A DNA stretch of 64,000 bases, taken from NCBI RefSeq assembly GCF_035594765.1, contig NW_026943824.1, positions 3,305,666 to 3,369,665 on the forward strand, written 5' to 3'. The stretch comes from Anolis carolinensis. Taxonomy: Eukaryota. The translations under genes were made by a program, and so were the position numbers. Shown here piece after piece: positions 59,853 to 64,000 of the stretch (position 1 is its first letter; every line of letters begins with the position of its first letter). The notes beneath the pieces are model-generated. The model was given only the letters and a program-made list of their open reading frames with translations. It searched no databases and was not told the DNA's origin.

Positions 59853-59981
59853 GCTGTGAAGAGAAGAGGAGGAGCCGGAGGGAAGTTCCGCCTTAGCTGC
59901 GTTTCCGGGGGAAACTTGAGCGGACGGACCCGTTTTGTGCACCGGTGAAAAGCGTCCCCCTCGTCTCATTCGCAGAGTGCC

Positions 59982-59989
59982 ATGAAGAG
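59982..59989 (+). CDS. MRM2: MRM2 (FTSJ2) exon 1 coding part
   Basis: GCC ATG AAG AG|GTAAGA: good Kozak context, strong donor, phase 2 fits exon 2. Confidence 0.75.
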
Positions 59990-60931
59990 GTAAGAGTCTG
60001 TATTGACACCTCTGGGGGTGAGGCTTCCTTTTGCCCACTTTTGTGGTTATCTAAAGATAAATATGATGTCATCTTATATAGAGAGGAATGTTTTTTACTA
60101 TGTGTATTTATGTAAGGCAATTTCTCTCAAAAAGAGTTCCAGCACAGGAGGCAGTCGGACAGAAAATCTAGTCTTGGGAGAGTACAAAAGCAAAGTTTAT
60201 TTTCATCATAGCTATGAGGAGGCAAAACAGCCGTACACACACAAAAAGGGCTGTACTTGCAAATGGCTGTTCAGAAAAACATCTACTTCTGCTGAAAGGG
60301 GCAAGGTTGCAAAAGATGTAAAAATACTCCTCTTAATCCAAAGTCAAAAGCAGGAGGCCCCTTTTCTGTGAAGAGGACGAGGAAAAACACCACAAAAGTT
60401 GGATCTTCAAACTGCAAAAGAACTATTTATTGCGTGGCCATAGCAATGAGACAAAAACATGCATACATGCAATCAAAGGATTTGTCCGAATTTCCAAAAT
60501 GGTTACAAGGGTTTTATCACCTCACAGAAGTTAGCAAGCATGTCCTTATTGGCTTACAAAGATCATTTACTCCATTTGTCTAATGTTGTCTACGTCACAA
60601 GCATCTTAACCATCATGCAATCCCATTGGGTTTCTATGCTGTAACAACATGTAATTCTTTAGACAATTGTGCTTTCATGTTATTGACCCTGACTTGTTAC
60701 AAGTATATGCTCGAAATCGTATGGGAACCGGTTCTGACTTGATGTATTGTTATTATTTGAAAATAACTTCTTTTCTCTGGAACAACTCTTTTCCCAAACA
60801 TCAGCATTTTCTCTCAAGTGCAGGCCTTCCTCAAACATAGGCCTTTTGCAACTTAGGTCAATCAAAACATATGGGACTTATAGTCATTACAAGTATCTTT
60901 GAAAATTCTTTTTTAAACCCACGTCTCCCTC

Positions 60932-62022
60932 ACTGCTTTATTGACTATTCTAAAGCCTTTGACTGTGTGGATCATAATAAACTATGGCATGTTCTTGGTG
61001 GTCTGGGGAGACCAAGTCCCCTTGTCTGTCTCCTGAGAAATCTGTATAAAGACCAAGAAGCCACAGTCAGAACAGACCACGGAACAACAGTCTGGTTCCA
61101 GATTGGGAAAGGAGTGTGGACATCAGGGCTGCATCTTCTCACCCTCCCTATTCAACTTGTATGCAGAACACATCATGCGACGTGTGGGGCTTGAGGAATC
61201 CAAGGCCGGAGTTAAAATTGCTGGAAGAAACATGAACAACCTTAGGTATGCAGATGATACCACTCTGATGGTCGAAAGCAAGGAAGAGCTGAGGAGCCTT
61301 ATCACCAAGGTAAAAGAAAGAAGAAAGTGCAAAAGCTTGGTTGCAGTTAAACGTCAAGAAAACCAAGATCACGGCAACTACACCTATTGATAACTTGCAA
61401 ATACAGGGAGAAAACGTGGAGGCAGGGACAGACTTTATATTTCTAGACACAAAGATCACTGCAGCCAGGAAATCAGAAGACGTTTCCTTCTTGGGAGGAG
61501 AGCAATGGCCAACCTTGACAAATAGTGAAGAGCAGAGACATCACACTGGCAACAAAGGTCTGCATAGTGAAAGCCATGGTATTCCCCATAGTGACCTATG
61601 GATGTGAGAGCTGGACCATAAGGAAGGCTGAGCGAAGGAAGAGAGACGCTTTTGAACTCTGGTGCTGGAGGAAGGTCCTGAGCGTGCCTTGGACTTTGGC
61701 AAGAAGACCCAACCAGTCCATCCTCCAGGAAATAATGCCCAATGGCTGCTCACTGGAGGGAAGGATATTGGAGGCAAAGCTGAAGTATTTTGGCCACATC
61801 ATGAGGAGACAGGAAAGCTTGGAGAAGATCATGATGCTGGGAAAAATGGAAGGAAAAAGGAAGAGAGGCCGACCAAGGGCGAGATGGATGGACGGTATCC
61901 TTGAAACGACTGGCTCGACCTTGAAGGAACTGGTGGCGGAGACGGCCGACAGGGAGCTCTGGCCTGGCCTGGTCCACGAGGTCAGCAAGAGTCGGAGACG
62001 ACTAAACGACTGAGCAGCAGCA
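60932..62022 (+). mobile_element. RTE-clade (BovB-like) LINE 3' fragment with frameshifted reverse transcriptase
   Basis: CFIDYSKAFDCVDHNKLW, QGCIFSPSLFNLYAE, LRYADDTTL and GKMEGKRKRGRPRARWMD fall in different frames; short (GCA)n tail. Confidence 0.9.
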
Positions 62023-62617
62023 GTATATTGGTTATGCTCTGTGTGACCTTCTATTGTCACATTTCTCCTCTTGGAATGATTTTGAAGATCCCGGTCAAGA
62101 AAGCACTGAGCATTTTTAGCTTTAGATCAGGCATGGCCGGAAGGCTGTTAGGAATTGTGGGAGTTGAAGTCCAAAACACCTAGAAGGCCCAAGTTGGCCC
62201 AGATCTACCCTATGGGGAGAATGGTTGGGTATAAATAAAGTAAATAGTAAATAATAATAATAATAAAAGGAAAAAGGATAATGTCTTTTAAATAATTTTT
62301 ATTAAGAACTTTCCGAACACACTGAATGTTGAAAATACTTTAACAAACTGTAAAAATGAAATTAATGAAAGAAGAAAGAACAACAGTAAAATATGAGAAA
62401 AAGCCTAGAAATAATAAAAAGTGGCTTTCAACAGGTTTCAACTGTGAATCTATTACATTATATTTGACACATTGAACTACTAGATAATATGATTTGATCT
62501 CAGAGTTATGAGAGTGAGAAAGATTTGACTATCTAAAGATAAATATGATGTAATCTCATATAGAGAGGAATGATTTTACTCTGCAAAGGAAGTTGTAAGG
62601 AACAATGATAAATATAA

Positions 62618-63001
<384 letters not shown>

Positions 63002-63051
63002 TAAACTCACACATTTGGAAGGACTCAGAGCTGGGAAAGTTTGGTTTAGAA

Positions 63052-63163
63052 TAGGCATGGGCCAACTTCGGCCCTCCAGGTGTTTTGGATGTCAATTCCC
63101 ACAATTGGAATTGTGGGGGTTGATATCCAAAACGCATAGAAGGCCAAAATTGGCCCATGCCTG
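63052..63163. mobile_element. Short palindromic hAT MITE
   Basis: AGGCATGGGCCAA...TTGGCCCATGCCTG; near-TSD GTTTAGAA/GTTGAGAA. Confidence 0.7.
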
Positions 63164-63344
63164 GTTGAGAAGGTCATCTGAGTTGGCTCTGCATCTTGCG
63201 GTGCCAGAGTGCAGTCTGTTCAAGTGGCTCAGTTTTCTGTGTATCCAGGAGGAAGTTTCTCATTTGGTATCAGCCATGCCTTATGGCAACCCCATAAATG
63301 TCTTGGATTTGCTTGTTTGAACTCAACTACATCCTGCACAAGCT

Positions 63345-64000
63345 TGTAGTCCTTATCAAGGACTTAATGGGCAGATGTGTTAATTAGTAGGAGAAAGCCC
63401 TTTCCCCATTGGCCTCTCCGTCTGCTTGTCTCACTATTCTCTCCTCCTATCAGCTTTCTGTTAGTTAGACTTCTCAGGGACTTATCTCATTTTCTGAGCA
63501 CATGGCCAGCCTCCGAGTCCTCTATTTTGTTCTTCTGTGAGCATGGAGAGAGATAAGGTGTCTGCTGTGAGTTAGTTGGATAGATAGCTAGGCCCTGTCA
63601 TTAACTTTCCTGTCTTGGTATGTAGTTCTTTTAATAAACAACAACAACAATTCTTTATTGATTAGTCACTTTTGACCATATCAAAACATGTAAAACATAC
63701 AATACATACACACTTACGCATACATACAATAAAACCATGTAAAGATATAAAACATCCCGACCTGCGGGCTAATAACCCGCTCCTAGATAAGTGTACAAAT
63801 ACAGAGTAAAAAGGTTAAAATTAGTAATTTCCTAAGGTAAGGTTTGAACGAGGACAGGGGTAATCTTTTAATAAAGTCTTCTATAATTTTTAAGCTTGGC
63901 TCTGCTCCTGAACTGCTTAAGCTCTATTGCTCTGCTGCTGGGACCAGAAGTTTATGATCTGCTAAAACTGCTGCTAATGTTGTTGTTTTACTTCTTTTGA
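63345..64000 (+). mobile_element. Probable LTR running off the window, interrupted by a LINE tail (63639-63863, minus strand)
   Basis: Layout resembles the 41142 LTR; the insert is flanked by 12-bp TCTTTTAATAAA repeats. Confidence 0.45.

Larger units (their letters stand above)
59700..60000. promoter_or_regulatory. Bidirectional CpG-island promoter shared by NUDT1 and MRM2
   Basis: Divergent ATGs at 59852(-) and 59982(+); CpG-rich, with ETS-like GGAAG/TTCCG motifs at 59881-59908. Confidence 0.75.

Overview
Vertebrate genomic DNA from a squamate reptile. The repeat families (Sauria SINE, Penelope, CR1, RTE/BovB-like, R4/Dong, hAT, Tc1/mariner MITEs, Helitrons) point to an Anolis-like lizard. 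The window holds the conserved syntenic block EIF3B(-), SNX8(+), NUDT1(-), MRM2/FTSJ2(+). EIF3B is complete (18 coding exons, 844 aa, plus a non-coding last exon). SNX8 is complete (11 exons, 438 aa, one GC-AG intron). NUDT1/MTH1 is complete (3 coding exons, 156 aa). Only MRM2 exons 1-2 lie in the window. An orphan CpG island at about 8.0-8.5 kb is probably the 5' end of the next minus-strand gene (CHST12 by synteny). The most notable non-genic signal is a set of minimal type I hammerhead ribozyme motifs (CUGAGGA...GAAAC-GUC) carried by Penelope-like repeats. Three intact copies form a 210-bp-period tandem array (7246-7823) with retrozyme-like architecture. Other oddities: a duplicated EIF3B exon-1 donor that could form an in-frame 30-nt cassette, a SINE-derived 102-bp minisatellite, nested palindromes, and only 129 bp between the NUDT1 and MRM2 start codons. 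Exon coordinates were read by hand; repeat boundaries are approximate and family names are from recognition, not database searches.
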